From the NCBI RefSeq assembly GCF_030028105.1, contig NC_092374.1, positions 178,646,057 through 178,710,056 of the forward strand: a stretch of 64,000 nt of DNA, in the 5' to 3' direction. This DNA is from Mobula birostris (Eukaryota). Shown here one piece after another: positions 9,318 to 22,600 of the stretch (positions are counted from its first letter, which is position 1; each line of letters opens with the position of its first letter). A program made the position numbers and the translations under genes. The notes below the pieces were generated by a model that did not search any database, was not told the DNA's origin, and was given only the letters and a program-made list of their open reading frames with translations.

Positions 9318-12300
9318 GTTGGGGCCCTACAAGGTGAATTTAGGGAGTTAGGAGATAAACTAAAAAGTAGGACCACAAAGGTAATAATCTCTGGATTACT
9401 ACCAGTGCCACATGCTAGTCAGAGTAGAAATAGGAGGATATATCAGATGAATACGTGGCTTGAAAAATCGTGCAAGCAGGAGGGATTCAAATTTCTGGGG
9501 CATTGGAACCAGCTCTGGGGGAGGTGGGACCAGTACAAACAGGACGGTCTACACCTGGGCTGGGCTGAAACCAATGTCCTGGGGGAGCGTTTGCTACTGT
9601 TGTTCAGAAGGATTTAAACTAATGTGGCAAGGGGGTGGGATCAAGTGCAGAGAGACAGAGGGGTGTAAAATGAGGGCAGAAGCAAAAAGTAGTAAGGTGA
9701 AAAGTAAAGGTGGCAGGCAGGCAAATCCAGGGCAAAAATCAAAAAGGGCCACTTTTCAACATAATTGTATAAGGGCTACGAGTGTTGTAAAAAGAAGCCT
9801 GAAGGCTTTGTGTGTCAATGCAAGGAGCATTCGTAACAAGGTGGATGAATTGAATGTGCAGATAGTTATTAATGAATGTGATATAGTTGGGATCACAGAG
9901 ACATTGCTCCAGGGTGACCAGGGATGGGAGCTCAACATCCAGGGATATCCAATATTCAGGAAGGATAGATGTGAAAGAAAAGGAGGTGGGGTACCATTGC
10001 TGGTTAGAGAGAAGATTAATGCAATAGAAAGGAAGGACATTAGCCTGGAGGATGCGAAATCAATATGGGTAGAGCTGCATAACACTAAGGGGCAGAAAAC
10101 GCTGGTGGGAGTTGTGTACAGGCCACCTAACAGTAGTAGTGAGGTTGGGGATGGCATTAAACAGGAAATTAGAAATGCGTGCAATAAAGGAACAGCAGTA
10201 ATAATGGGTGACTTCAATCTACATATAGATTGGGGTGAACCAAATTAGTAAGGCTGCTGAGGAAGAGGATTTCTTGGAATGCATGCGGGATGGTTTTCTG
10301 AACCAACATGTTGAGGAACCAACTAGAGAGCAGGCCATTCTAGACTGGGTATTGAGCAATGAGGAAGGGTTAGTTAGCAATCTTGACGTACGAGGCCCCT
10401 TGGTTAAGAGTGACCATAATATGGTAGAATTCTTCAATAAGATGGAGAGTGACATAGTTAATTCAGAAACAAAGGTTCTGAACTTAAAGAAGGATAACTT
10501 TGAAGGTATGAGATGTGTATTAGCTAAGATAGACTGGCAAATGATACTTAAAGGGTTGACGGCGGATATGCAGTGGCAAGCATTTAAAGATCGCATGGAT
10601 GAACTACAACAATTGTTCATCCCAGTCTGGCAAAAGACTAAACCAGGCAAGGTAGTGCACCCGTGGCTGACAAAGGAAATTAAGGATAGAATCAACTCCA
10701 AAGAAGAAACATACAAATTAGCCAGAAAAAGCGGCATTTGGAAATTCAGAGTCCAGCAGAGGTGGACAAAGGGCTTAATTAGGAAATGGAAAAAAGATTA
10801 TAAGAGAAAGCTAGCAGGGAACATAAAAACTGACTGTAAAAGCTTTTATTGATAGATGAAAAGAAAAAGATTGGTTAAGACAAATGTAGGTCCCTTACAG
10901 TCAAAAACAGGTGAATTGACCATGGGGAACAAGGACATGGCAGACCGATTGAATAACTACTTTTGTTCTGTCTTCACTAATGAGGACATAAATAATCTTC
11001 CAGAAATTGTGGGGGACCGAGGGTCTAGTGAGATGGGGGAACTGAGGAAAATACATGTTAGTAGGGAAGTGGTGTTAGGTAAATTGAAGGGATTACAGGC
11101 AGATAAATCCCTATGGCCAGACGGTCTGCATCCCGGAGCGCTTAAGGAAGTAGACCAAGAAATAGTGGATGCATTAGTGATTATTTTTCAAAACTCTTTA
11201 GATTCTGGATTAGTTTCTGAGGGTTGGAGGGTGGCTAATGTAACCCTGCTTTTTAAAAAAGGAGGGAGAGAGAAACTGGGGAATTATAGACCGGTTAGCC
11301 TGGCATCGGTGGTGGGGAAAATGCTAGAGTCAGTTATCAAAGATGTGATAACAGCACATTTGGAAAGCGGTGAAATCATCGAACAAAGTCAGCATGGATT
11401 TGTGAAAGGAATATGATGTCTGATGAATCTTATGGAATTTTTTGAGGATGTAACTAGTAGAGTGGATAGGGGAGAACCAGTGGATGTGATATATTTGGAT
11501 TTTCAAAAGGCTTTTGACAAGGTCCCACACAGGAGATTAGTGTGCATACTTAAAGCACACGGTATTGGGGGTAAGGTATTGATGTGGATAGAGAATTGGT
11601 TGGCAGACAGGAAGCAAAGAGTGGGAATAAACAGGACCTTTTCAGAATGGCAGGCAGTAACTAGTGGGGTACTGCAAGGCTCAGTGCTGCGACCCCAGTT
11701 GTTTACAATATATATTAATGATTTAGACGAGGGAATTAAATGCAGCATCTCCAAGTTTGCGGATGACATGAAGCTGGGCAGCAGTGTTAGCTGTGAGGAG
11801 GATGCAAAGAGGATGCAGGGTGACTTGGATAGGTTAGGTGAGTGGGCAAATTCATGGAAGATGCAATTTAATGTGGATAAATGTGAGGTTATCCACTTTG
11901 GTGGCAAGAACAGGAACACAGATTATTATCTAACTGGTAGCCAATTAGGAAAAGGTAAGGAGCAATGAGACCTGGGTGTCATTATACACCAGTCATTGAA
12001 AGTGGGCATGCAGGTACAGCAGGCGGTGAAAAAGGCAAATAGTATGCTGGCATTTATAGCGAGAGGATTCGAGTACAGGAGCAGGGAGGTACTACTGCAG
12101 TTATACAAGGCCTTGGTGACACCACACCTGGAGTACTGGGTGCAGTTCTGGTCCCCTAATCTGAGGAAAGACATTCTTGCCATAGAGAGAGTACAAAGAA
12201 GGTTCACCAGGTTGATTCCTGGTATGGCAGGACTTTCATATGAAGAAAGACTGGATCGACTAGGTTTATACTTGCTGGAATTTAGAAGCTTGAGGGGGGA

Positions 12301-12680
12301 TCTTATTGAAATGTATAAAATTCTAAAGGGATTGGACAGGCTAGATGCAGGAAGATTGTTCCTGATGTTGGGGAAGTCCAGAACGAGGGGTCACAGTTTA
12401 AGGATAAAGGGGACACCTTTTAGGACCGAGATGAGGAAAAACTTCATCACACAGAGAGTGGTGAATCTGTGGAATTCTCTGCCACAGGAAACAGTTAAGG
12501 CCAGTTCATTGGCTAAATTTAAGAGGGAGTTAGATATGGCCCTTTTGACTAAAGGGATCGGGGGTATGGAGAGAAAGCAGGTACAGGGTTCTGAGTTGGA
12601 TGATCAGCCATGATTATACTGAATGGCGGTGCAGGCTCGAAGGGCTGAATGACCTACTCCTGCACCTATTTTCTATGTTT
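9318..12680 (+). mobile_element. CR1 LINE: ORF1 SGNH-esterase C-terminal half + complete but mutated ORF2
   Basis: VIISGLLP...DGLHL (ORF1); NARSIRNK, GDFN, SDH, FADD and RPHLEY-like motifs spread over ORFs 9460-12613; 3' UTR hairpin and tail near 12670. Confidence 0.95.
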
Positions 12681-12839
12681 TTTTTCCTATGAAATGCAGT
12701 GTCGACACAAAACGTCCACTGTCCAGATCCCTCCACAGCTGCAGCCTGACCCGCTGATTCAGTCATACTTCATGAAACAGGGCTGGTTAGGGAATGATCA
12801 CAGAATAGGGTTCTTCCGCTACTGGACAGGGAGTGGCCA

Positions 12840-13385
12840 GGTTCACTGAGAGAGCCCCTCAATTATTGTAGTAGATTCCCCCACTCCAGGGTCTCAGAAG
12901 ATTGTCAACAGTCTCCTACACCATCACCGACCTTATTAACTCTGGGGATCTCCCATCCACTGCCACCAACCTCATAGTTCCCGCCCCCATACAACCCGTT
13001 TCTACCATCTGCCCAAGATCCACAACCCTGCCTGTCCAGGTAGACCTATTGTTTCTGCTAGTTCCTACTCCACTGAACGTATGTCTGCAGACCTCTACTC
13101 AGTTTTATCCCCCCCACCCCCACCCCCATTCAGTCCCTAACCACCTACATCCTTGACACTTCACACCCTCTTGATCTTTTCAATAATTTCAAGTTCAGTG
13201 GACCTGATCATCATCTTATTTTCACTGTGGATACCCAACCCCATACACCTCCATATCCCACTAGAATGGCCTCAAAGTTCTCTATTTCTTTCTGGACACC
13301 AGACCCAACCAGTTCCCCTCCATCACCACTCTCCTCCACCTAGTGAAACTGTTCCTCACTCTCAATAACTTCTCCTTCGGCTCCT
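12840..13385 (+). mobile_element. Degenerate Penelope RT fragment
   Basis: Frameshifted reading ITDLINSGDLPSTATNLIVP...FYHLPKIH...GRPIVS. Confidence 0.75.
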
Positions 13386-13429
13386 CCCTTCAAGCAAAAG
13401 GTGTAGCATGGGCAATTGTATGGCTCTCA

Positions 13430-14330
13430 ACTGTGCTTGCATTTCTGTTGGCTGTACCTGTTTGACTATAGACGGTTTGGGCCATTCTGCAACAGCCTGA
13501 ACTTTACTAGGGTCCATTTGAACACTGGATGGGGTAAGTATATAGCCTAAAAATGACACCTGGTCTTTATGGAATTCACATTTTTCAGGCTTGGCTTAGG
13601 GGTCGTTTTCAAGAAGGCATCTGAGTACTCTCTAGACATGCTGGACGTACTCCTGATGAGAGTGGGAATAGATAAGGATGTCATCTAAATACAGAAGCAC
13701 AAACTGGTTCAACATGTCCCTGAGCACATTGTTAACCAAAGCCTAGAATACAGCGGGGGTGTTGACCAGACCAAAAGGCATCACCAGGTATTCATAGTGG
13801 CCATTAGAGGTGCTGAAAGCTGTTTTCCACTCATCCCCTTCTCTTCTGCGAATCAGACTGTAAGCATTGCACAGATCAATTTTGGGAAATATTGTTGCTC
13901 CCTGGAGATGTTCAAACGCAGACGGCAACAAGGGAAGAGGGTAGTGGTTCTTCACAATGATTCTGATCAGGGGCTGATAGTCGATGCAGGGACGGAGCTT
14001 GCCATCTTTCTTGCTCACTAAAAAGAAGCCCGCTCCTGCCGGTGAGGTTGGCTGATGGATAAACCCCATGCTTAATACCTCCTTGATGAATTCCTCCATG
14101 GCCACCATTTCAGGATGAGAGAGGGAACAGAGCCGGCCCCGGGGAAGACTAGTGCCAGGTTGGAGGTCTATGGCACAGTCATATGGCCAGTGTGGGGGCT
14201 GGGTGGTGGCCTTTCTTTTACTGAAAACCCCAAGGTGATCCATATATTCAGCGGGAATCCCAGACAGGTCCACATCCTTTGCTGACACAGGAGGGGATAC
14301 ATGGAACAGAGCTTGAGCTGGATCCAGACA
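13430..14330 (-). mobile_element. Ty3/Gypsy (Sushi/chromovirus-like) pol RT fragment
   Basis: ORF 13743..14288 [23 protein letters not shown]...WKTAF...[12 protein letters not shown]; continues YLDDILIY and FLGYIL...MDPSKVQAVAEWPKP. Confidence 0.9.
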
Positions 14331-14619
14331 GGTAGACAGTCTACACTGCGGCTGAAAAGAACATCTAATTATTAAACGAATACTGTGAGTCTTCAGAGTC
14401 AGTTGACTCCACAGTCCAATTTCTCAGGCAAGGCCAACTCAAAACAAAAGCAAAGCGTTGCTGTGCTCTATCCAAGTCTCAACAAGCACGATAACGACAA
14501 GTACGGAGTTGAATACTATCACGATTAAATAATAATTAGCAGACACTTGCAAATTCAGAAGTGCAATTGCATATCTACTGTGCTGCCGAATCCGTAGTTG
14601 TGACACTGAGATTAAGGGA

Positions 14620-15345
14620 TCATTGGGAGATGTGGTGAAAAAGAGATCTGATGGTCAAAACGAGCATTGAGGTTATCTCCAAGACGAGCCCTGCTGCTTG
14701 ATTTAACTTTGCATTCAAGCCCAGAGGTGGTCTGGAATCTCCACCTCGCCCGTGAGATGACTTTCTGGAGATCAACAGGTCTGGAAACCTGTTGAAGCTT
14801 TCTTGGTCTCCAGACTTGAATGCCTCTGATCTGGCCCTCAGCAAGTTTCAGATCTCATAGTTCATCCAGGGCTTCTGATTGGGGAATATGCTGAATGATT
14901 TAGTTGGAACACACTCACCTACAGCTGTTTTAATAAAGTCCATTACAGCCACGATGTACTCATTCAAATCTCCAGATGAATGCTTAAACATGGCCCAGTC
15001 CGCTGACTCAAAACAATCCTGTAATCGTTCCTCTGCCTTCCGTGACCAACCCTTAGTTGTCTTAATCTCTGGAGCCTCAGGATTACACATGAGAACTCCT
15101 GAGGATGGCATTTAACTGTTCAGTGTTCCAAGTTGTGGGAGCAGGAGTTCAACAGAACTGGCATGTCGGATCACCAGTGGGAATTGACCATGAAACAGAC
15201 ACGTCTTCCCACTGCATTACCCGAGTCAGCACTTCAGTCCATTCTATAAATCATAAATCCTTCTGGACTGACTGCTGCACCCGGTGTGTCTCGATACAGC
15301 AAATAATTGAGATGTCTCCCATCTGCCTCTGATACAGCTGTCTTG
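14620..15345 (-). mobile_element. Rex1/Babar-like LINE fragment (EN-RT linker)
   Basis: LQDCFESADWAMF...FPNQKPWMN motif typical of Rex1 ORF2. Confidence 0.75.
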
Positions 15346-15709
15346 TGTTCAAATCATCAGTTTTATTCTCAAGTGACTGCACATTTGCCAACAAGATGTT
15401 GGGTGGAGGAGGCCTCATCCCTCTGTGTTTCAGCCTGGCTTGGATTCCTTCTCTCCTGCCATGGTGAGGAGATTTAAAAGTGCCGTGCCTAACTAGTTCG
15501 GATTCTTCAGTAAGGTGATTTAAAAGTCCATTGTTAAGAGAAAAGTTACACTGCAGATTTCAGTGAAAATAATTCAGAAGTATATTTAAGAGGAATTTTG
15601 AAACAATATTCTGCAGCCCACAGCAAATCATAAATGAGTACCAGTGTTATCTTCACAATATAAAATAATATATAAAAGGTTTTAAGAGGAAAAGATAAAG
15701 AGTAGCCAA

Positions 15710-16040
15710 CTAGTATCTTTTTTGCAAGGTTGACATGTCTAGTCAAGGAAGGCATACATTTAAGGTGAGAGGGAGTAAGTTCAAAGGAGATGTGTGGAGC
15801 AAGTATTCTTACACAAAGAGTAGTGGGCGCCTGCAGTGTATTGCCGAGGGTGGTGGTGGAGGGGAAATACGGCATTCAAAAAACTTTTAGATAGATATAT
15901 GAATGTACAGGAGATAGAAGTATATGAGCATGGTGTAGGCAGAAAGGATTAATTTAGTTGTACATTTAATTACTAGTAATTAGTTTGGCACAATATTGTG
16001 AACTGAGGGGTCTGTTCCTGTGCTTTACTGTTCTATGTGC
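15710..16040 (+). mobile_element. Old CR1 3' fragment
   Basis: GH.FKVRG.KF coding remnant followed by CR1 3' UTR ending gttctatg. Confidence 0.75.
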
Positions 16041-17100
16041 TAAGCTTCTCTTCATTCACATTTACTCAGGTACTAATATGACAAATTCCAGTTTCAGGCT
16101 GATATCTTACAAAGGATGGACAATTATTATTTCCAACAAGGGAGAATTGAGCCACCTCTCTTTGACATTGAACACTTTATTATTGTTGAATCCTTCACCA
16201 TCAGTACCTTGGCTGTAGTCATATAGCACAGTCCTGTATAGAATGGTATCTAAAGCCCCCTAGCATTTCCAATGCCTAGAATGATAGCAAGTGTATGGGT
16301 GAAAATTTTGAACTCAACAATAACAACACAATTACTGCACCACTACAAAACCTCAGCACTATCCTGCCCATTTGATCAGTGTCATATATGCCGTCTATCA
16401 CTCCTGTAGCACCAATAGAATGGAGCTGCAGTAGATCTTGTCAACAGTTTCTGCTACAACATTCTGAAGGCCACTTCAATAATATAACAGGAGTGGTCGT
16501 CAGACTGGGTTTGAACCAGGGTCGTTATGAAATTCTGTACCTTTAGTCAGTGAACTACCAGAAGAAACTTAGATTAGGTGGACCCAAGTGCAGAGGAGAC
16601 CAGAGCTGAGGATGGAATTGAACAAAGGATCTACATTTGAGGGTTGATTAGCAGAGAACACAGGCTAGGACTCGAGAATCACTTCTCAAGGGATAGGTAA
16701 ACTCCAGACTGAGCAAAGATAAACAAAACAAGGGAACATAAATAGACAAACAAAGCAAGACACGGATGCACAGATAACCAAAACACTACATGGAAATAAT
16801 CAGTGCAGAAGGAATTTTTTGCTTTCTGTCATCTTGGCTACTATTTTTGGTTTCTCCCTGTCTCTCGCTCCCTCCCACAGTGTTTGCAGTGTATGTTGGT
16901 TGTTATGGTTGTTTCTGCTGTTTTGTTTGCTCCCTTACAGCTGGGTAGCCAGCATTCCCTTCCCTAGAAGTCCCATTCTAACATGGTACTTAACTGCATG
17001 TTAGAATTGATTGTCCCTTGCATATTCCATATCAGATATACAGAGAAGCTGTGACATTGATCCCAACACTTCAAAACAGCTGGAGAGTCTTGGTATCACA

Positions 17101-17942
17101 TTGTCATAGTCATAGTCATAGTCATGCTTTATTGATCCCGGGAGAAATTGGTTTTCGTTACTGTTGCACCATAAATAATAAATAGTAATAGAAACATAGA
17201 TAGTTAAATAGTAATATGTAAATTATGCCAATAAATTATGAAATAAGTCCAGGACCAGCCTATTGGCTCAGGGTGTCTGACCCTTCAGGGAGGAGTTGTA
17301 AAGTTTGATGGCCACAGGCAGGAATGACTTCCTATGACTCTCTGTGCTGCACCTCGGTGGAATGAGTCTCTGGCTGAATGTACTCCTGTGCCCACCCAGT
17401 AAATTATGTAGTGGACGGGAGACATTGACCAAGGTGGTATGCAACTTGGACAGCATCCTCTTTTCAGACACCACCGTCAGAGAGTCCAGTCCAGTTCCAT
17501 CCCCACAACATCACTGGCCTTACGAATGAGTTTGTTGATTCTGTTGATGACTGCTACCCTCAGCCTACTACCCCAGCACACAACAGCAAACATGATAGCA
17601 CTGGCCACCACAGACTCGTAGAACATCCTCAGCATCGTCCGGCAGATGTTAAAGGACCTCAGTCTCCTCAGGAAATAGAGAGGGCTCTGACCCTTCTTGT
17701 AGACAGCTTCAGTGTTCTTTGACCAGTCAGGTTTATTGTCAATTCGTATCCCCAGGTATCTGTAATCCTCCACCATGTCCACGCTGACCCCTGGATGGAA
17801 ACAGGGGTCACCGTTACCTTAGCTCTCCTCAGGTCTACCACCAGCTCCTTAGTCTTTTTCACATTAAGCTGCAGATAATTCTGCTCACACCATGTGACAA
17901 AGTTTCCTACTGTAGCCCTGTACTCAGCCTCATCTCCCTTGA
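17101..17942 (-). mobile_element. Rex1-like LINE 3' end with (GACTAT)n tail
   Basis: ORFs 17477..17782 and 17668..17862 (KTKELVVDLRR, YRYLG, LYFLRRLRSF); (GTCATA)n at 17103-17125. Confidence 0.85.
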
Positions 17943-18119
17943 CAAACTCTGACTTGTAGAAACAAGAGTAATAATCTTACGGTGTTGGTAACTATCAGAA
18001 AGCACTACTGGGGACAGTGAAGTGCTGTGTGGAGGCCGCTACAGCATCTGAAAACATGCATTGTGGAGTTATGAACACTTGGCTGATGATCTTTGATCCA
18101 CAAATAGCAAACACATGGG

Positions 18120-18235
18120 ATGTTAAGCAACACACATAAAAATTGCTGGTGAACGCAGCAGGCCAGGCAGCATCTATAGGAAGAGGTATAGACAATGTTT
18201 TGGTCTGAGACCCTTCGTCAGGACTAACTTTCTCA
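18120..18235 (-). mobile_element. Penelope-type 3' tail fragment
   Basis: Matches the 3' ends at 8525-8590 and 61170-61270 (gtcctgacgaagggtctc...gatgctgcctggcctgctgcgttcaccagc). Confidence 0.75.
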
Positions 18236-18284
18236 GCCTGGCAAAGTGTTACATCCAGCAGCATTGGCGTCAGACCTAGGTTCA

Positions 18285-18580
18285 CCCCAGTGTTGGTCTC
18301 TGTCATCAGACTTTCCCCAATATTAGGCTGTCGGCTGTGTCCTGGATTCCCCTCAGTGTCAGATTCTGTTCCAGACTCTCCCCACATGCCGTGAATTCTC
18401 CATAGTGTCAGGCTGTGACTCCAGAAACCCCCATGTCAGGCTTTCTCAACATTCTTCCCCCAAAGTTGGGCTTCTCCCTCAGCTTCTCCCAATGTTAGGC
18501 TCCATCCCTGGACCTTTCCCAATGACAGATTCTGTGTCTGGATGCTCCCAGTATTGGACATTATCCTGAGATTCTTCACA
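18285..18580. repeat. Diverged minisatellite, about 29-30-bp unit, about 10 copies
   Basis: Recurring CCCC(A)GTGTCAGGCTCTGTCCCTGGA-like unit at regular spacing. Confidence 0.65.
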
Positions 18581-19364
18581 GTCTGCATGGTATCCCCCAG
18601 GATATTTCTATATTAGTGACTTTTCCTATTGCTGTGACATTATTATTACTGTTTACTGCGGAATTAACTTAGACTGTTCAGGAACCAAAAGGTCCGTGTA
18701 GATAGCTTAAAGGCAACCTATTAGTTCCTCTTCACTTGGAAATGTACTGTGTGGTGTTGTGGCTACAGTACTGTTAGGGTCAGCTAGATCTTCACAGACA
18801 GGCAGAGGACCTTGTGCATCCAAGTGATCTGTCACAGTCTATAACCAGCTTGTGAAGTTTCTTCATTAATAATTATTGTCATTGCACAAACAATTCTTTG
18901 TTTTGATGGTAAATATGAACAAAATCTAATATTTACAAGTGAATATGTATCATAACATGTTTCATTTTATTAATGAGCATAATGGATTTAATGTACTGTA
19001 CTACAATATTTTTAAAACAAAGGCATTTTATTATTTAATTGAAATTTATTTTTACTTTATTATTTATTATTGTCACATGCACCAAGATACAGTGGAAAAA
19101 CTTCATTCTGCTTCAAGACCACATGAATAGCAATTTGGCAGATCACTGAAAGCTTCATGCATGTAACATGAGCATTGAAAATTTTAGACCTTAGTTCAGA
19201 CGTTGAGAGTTTCTGATGTTACAATATGGCCTAAAAGCTTTACCTGAACCATTCACTGCAGGCAGATACCACCTCTCATGTGAAAGAGCCAAGCCCAGGA
19301 ATCATTCTGAAATTAGAATGGATGAAAAATGTTGCATATGTAACTGCATTAGGAGCCATGGTTG

Positions 19365-19610
19365 TGTAGCTTTAAGCATGGTGCCATTACAGCTCCGGGC
19401 TTCAGATATCGGAGTTCTCGTCTGTAAGGAATTTTTACGTTCTCCTCGTGACTGTGTGGGTTTCCTATGGGTGCTTCGGTTTCCTCCCACAATCCAGACA
19501 TACCAATTAAAGGGTTAATTGGTCATTGTAAATTGTTCTGTAATTCGGCTAGTGTTAAATAAATGTGTTGTTTGGTGGCACAGTTCGTTGGGCCAGAAAC
19601 TGTACCTCTA
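19365..19610 (+). mobile_element. V-SINE (HE1-like)
   Basis: V-domain core cgttctcctcgtgactgtgtgggtttcc...cggtttcctcccaca...ttaattggtcattgtaaattg. Confidence 0.75.
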
Positions 19611-19647
19611 AATAAATAGATCTGTTAAGGGAAAATTTATATGGGAT

Positions 19648-22600
19648 ATAGAAACATAGAAAATAGGTGCAGGAGTAGGCCATTCGGCCCTTCGAGCCTG
19701 CACCGCCATTTATTATGATCATGGCTGATCATCCAACTCAGAACACCACCCCAGCCTTCCCTCCATACCCCCTGACCCCCGTAGCCACAAGGGCCATATC
19801 TAACTCCCTCTTAAATATAGCTAATGAACTGGCCTCAACTGTTTCCTGTGGCAGAGAATTCCACAGATTCACCACTCTCTGTGTGAAGAAGTTTTTCCTA
19901 ATCTCGGTCCTAAAAGGCTTCCCCTCTATCCTCAAACTGTGACCCCTCGTTCTGGACTTCCCCAACATCGGGAACAATCTTCCTGCATCTAGCCTGTCCA
20001 ATCCCTTTAGGATCTTATACGTTTCAATCAGATCCCCCCTCAATCTTCTAAATTCCAATGAGTACAAGCCCAGTTCATCCAGTCTTTCTTCATATGAAAG
20101 TCCTGCCATCCCAGGAATCAATCTGGTGAACCTTCTCTGTACTCCCTCTATGGCAAGGATGTCTTTCCTCAGATTAGGGGACCAAAACTGCACACAATAC
20201 TCCAGGTGTGGTCTCACCAAGGCCTTGTACAACTGCAGTAGTACCTCCCTGCTCCTGTACTCAAATCCTCTCACTATAAATGCCAGCATACCATTCGCCT
20301 TTTTCACCGCCTGCTGTACCTGCATGCCCACTTTCAATGACTGGTGTATAATGACACCCAGGTCTCGTTGCACCTCCCCTTTTCCTAATCGGCCACCATT
20401 CAGATAATAATCTGTTTTCCTATTTTTGCCACCAAAGTGGATAACTTCACATTTATCCACATTAAATTGCATCTGCCATGAATTTGCCCACTCACCCAAC
20501 CTATCCAAGTCACCCTGCATCCTCTTAGCATCCTCCTCACAGCTAACACTGCCACCCAGCTTCGTGTCATCCGCAAACTTGGAGATGCTGCATTTAATTC
20601 CCTCATCCAAGTCATTAATATATATTGTAAACAACTAGGGTCCCAGCACTGAGCCTTGCGGCACCCCACTAGTCACCGCCTGCCATTCTGAAATGGTCCC
20701 GTTTATTCCCACTCTTTGCTTCCTATCTGCTAATCAACTCTCCACCCACACCAATACCTTACCCCCAATACCGTGTGCTTTAAGTTTGCACACTAATCTC
20801 CTGTGTGGGACCTTGTCAAAAGCCTTCTGAAAATCCAAATATACCACATCCACTGGTTCTCCCCTATCCACTCTACTAGTTACATCCTCAAAAAATTCTA
20901 TGAGATTCGTCAGACATGATTTTCCTTTCACAAATCCATGCTGACTTTGTCCGATCATTTCACCGCTTTCCAAATGTGCTGTTATCACATCCTTGATAAC
21001 TGACTCCAGCAGTTTCCCCACCACCGACGTTAGGCCAACTGGTCTATAATTCCCCGGTTTCTCTCTCCCTCCTTTTTTAAAAAGTGGAGTTACATTAGCC
21101 ACCCTCCAATCCTCAGGAACTAGACCAGAATCTAACGAGTTTTGAAAAATTATCACTAATGCATCCACTATTTCTTGGACTACTTCCTTAAGCACTCTGG
21201 GATGCAGACCATCTGGCCCTGGGGATTTATCTGCCTTCAATCCCTTCAATTCACCTAACACCACTTCCCTACTAACATGTATTTCGCTCAGTTGCTCCAT
21301 CTCACTGGACCCTCTGTCCCCTACTATTTCTGGAAGATTATTTATGTCCTCCTTAGTGAAGACAGAACCAAAGTAATTATTCAATTGGTCTGCCATGTCC
21401 TTGCTCCCCATAATCAATTCACCTGTTCCTGTCTGCAGGGGACCTACATTTGTCTTTACCAGTCTTTTCCTTTTTACATATCTATAAAAGCTTTTACAGT
21501 CCGTTTTTATGTTGCCTGCCAGTTTTCTCTCATAATCTTTTTTCCCCTTCCTAATTAAGCCCTTTGTCCTCCTCTGCTGAACTCTGAATTTCTCCCAGTC
21601 CTCAGGTGAGCCACTTTCTCTGGCTAATTTGTATGCTTCTTCTTTGGAATTGATACTATCCCTAATTTCTCTTGTCAGCCACGGGTGCACTACCTTCCTT
21701 GATTTATTCTTTTGCCAAACTGGGATGAACATTTGTTGCAGTTCATCCATGCAACCTTTAAATGCTTGCCATTGCATATCCACCGTCAATCCTTTAAGTG
21801 TCATTTGCCAGTCTACCTTAGTTAATTCACGTCTCATACCTTCAAAGTTACCCCTCTTTAAGTTCAGAACCTTTGTTTCTGAATTAACTATGTCACTCTC
21901 CATCTTAATGAAGAATTCCACCACATTATGGTCACTCTTACCCAAGGGGCCTCTCATGACAAGATTGCTAATTAGCCCTTCCTCATTGCTCAAAACCCAG
22001 TCCAGAATAGCCTGCTCTCTAGTCGGTTGCTCGACATGTTGGTTCAAAAAACCATCCCACATACATTCCAAGAAATCCTCTTCCTCAGCACCTTTACCAA
22101 TTTGGTTCACCCAATCTACATGTAGATTGAAGTCACCCATTATAACTGCTGTTCCTTTATTGCACACATTTCTAATTTCCTGTTTAATACCATCTCCGAC
22201 CTCACTACTACTGTTAGGTGGTCTGTACACAACTCCCACCAGCGTTTTCTGCCCCTTAGTGTTACGCAGCTCTACCCATATCGATTCCACATCTTCCCGG
22301 CTTATGTCCTTCCTTTCTATTGCGTTAATCTCTTCTTTAACCAGCAACGCCACCCCACCTCCCCTTCCTTCATATCTATCCCTCCTGAATATTGAATATC
22401 CCTGAACGTTGAGCTCCCATCCCTGGTCACCCTGGAGCCATGTCTCTGTGATCCCAACTATATCATAATCATTAATAACAATCTGCACTTTCAATTCATC
22501 CACCTTATTACGAATGCTCCTTGCATTGACGCACAAAGCCTTCAGGCGTTCTTTTACAACTCTCTTAGCCCTTATAAAATTATGCTGAAAAGTGGCCCTT

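Noticed and set aside
16525-16800. Possible LTR of the Sushi-like element
   Set aside because: Composition is LTR-like but no TG...CA termini, TSD or second copy could be found.
18285-18580. CRISPR-like periodicity
   Set aside because: Eukaryotic context, no constant repeat with unique spacers, no cas genes.
19244-19306. 63-nt minus-strand exon with good splice sites
   Set aside because: Stops in all three frames and no supporting context; such pairs arise by chance.
21629-22405. 258-aa ORF, with a similar ORF at 10219..10737
   Set aside because: Antisense shadow of CR1 ORF2; it recurs only because the two CR1 copies are close relatives.
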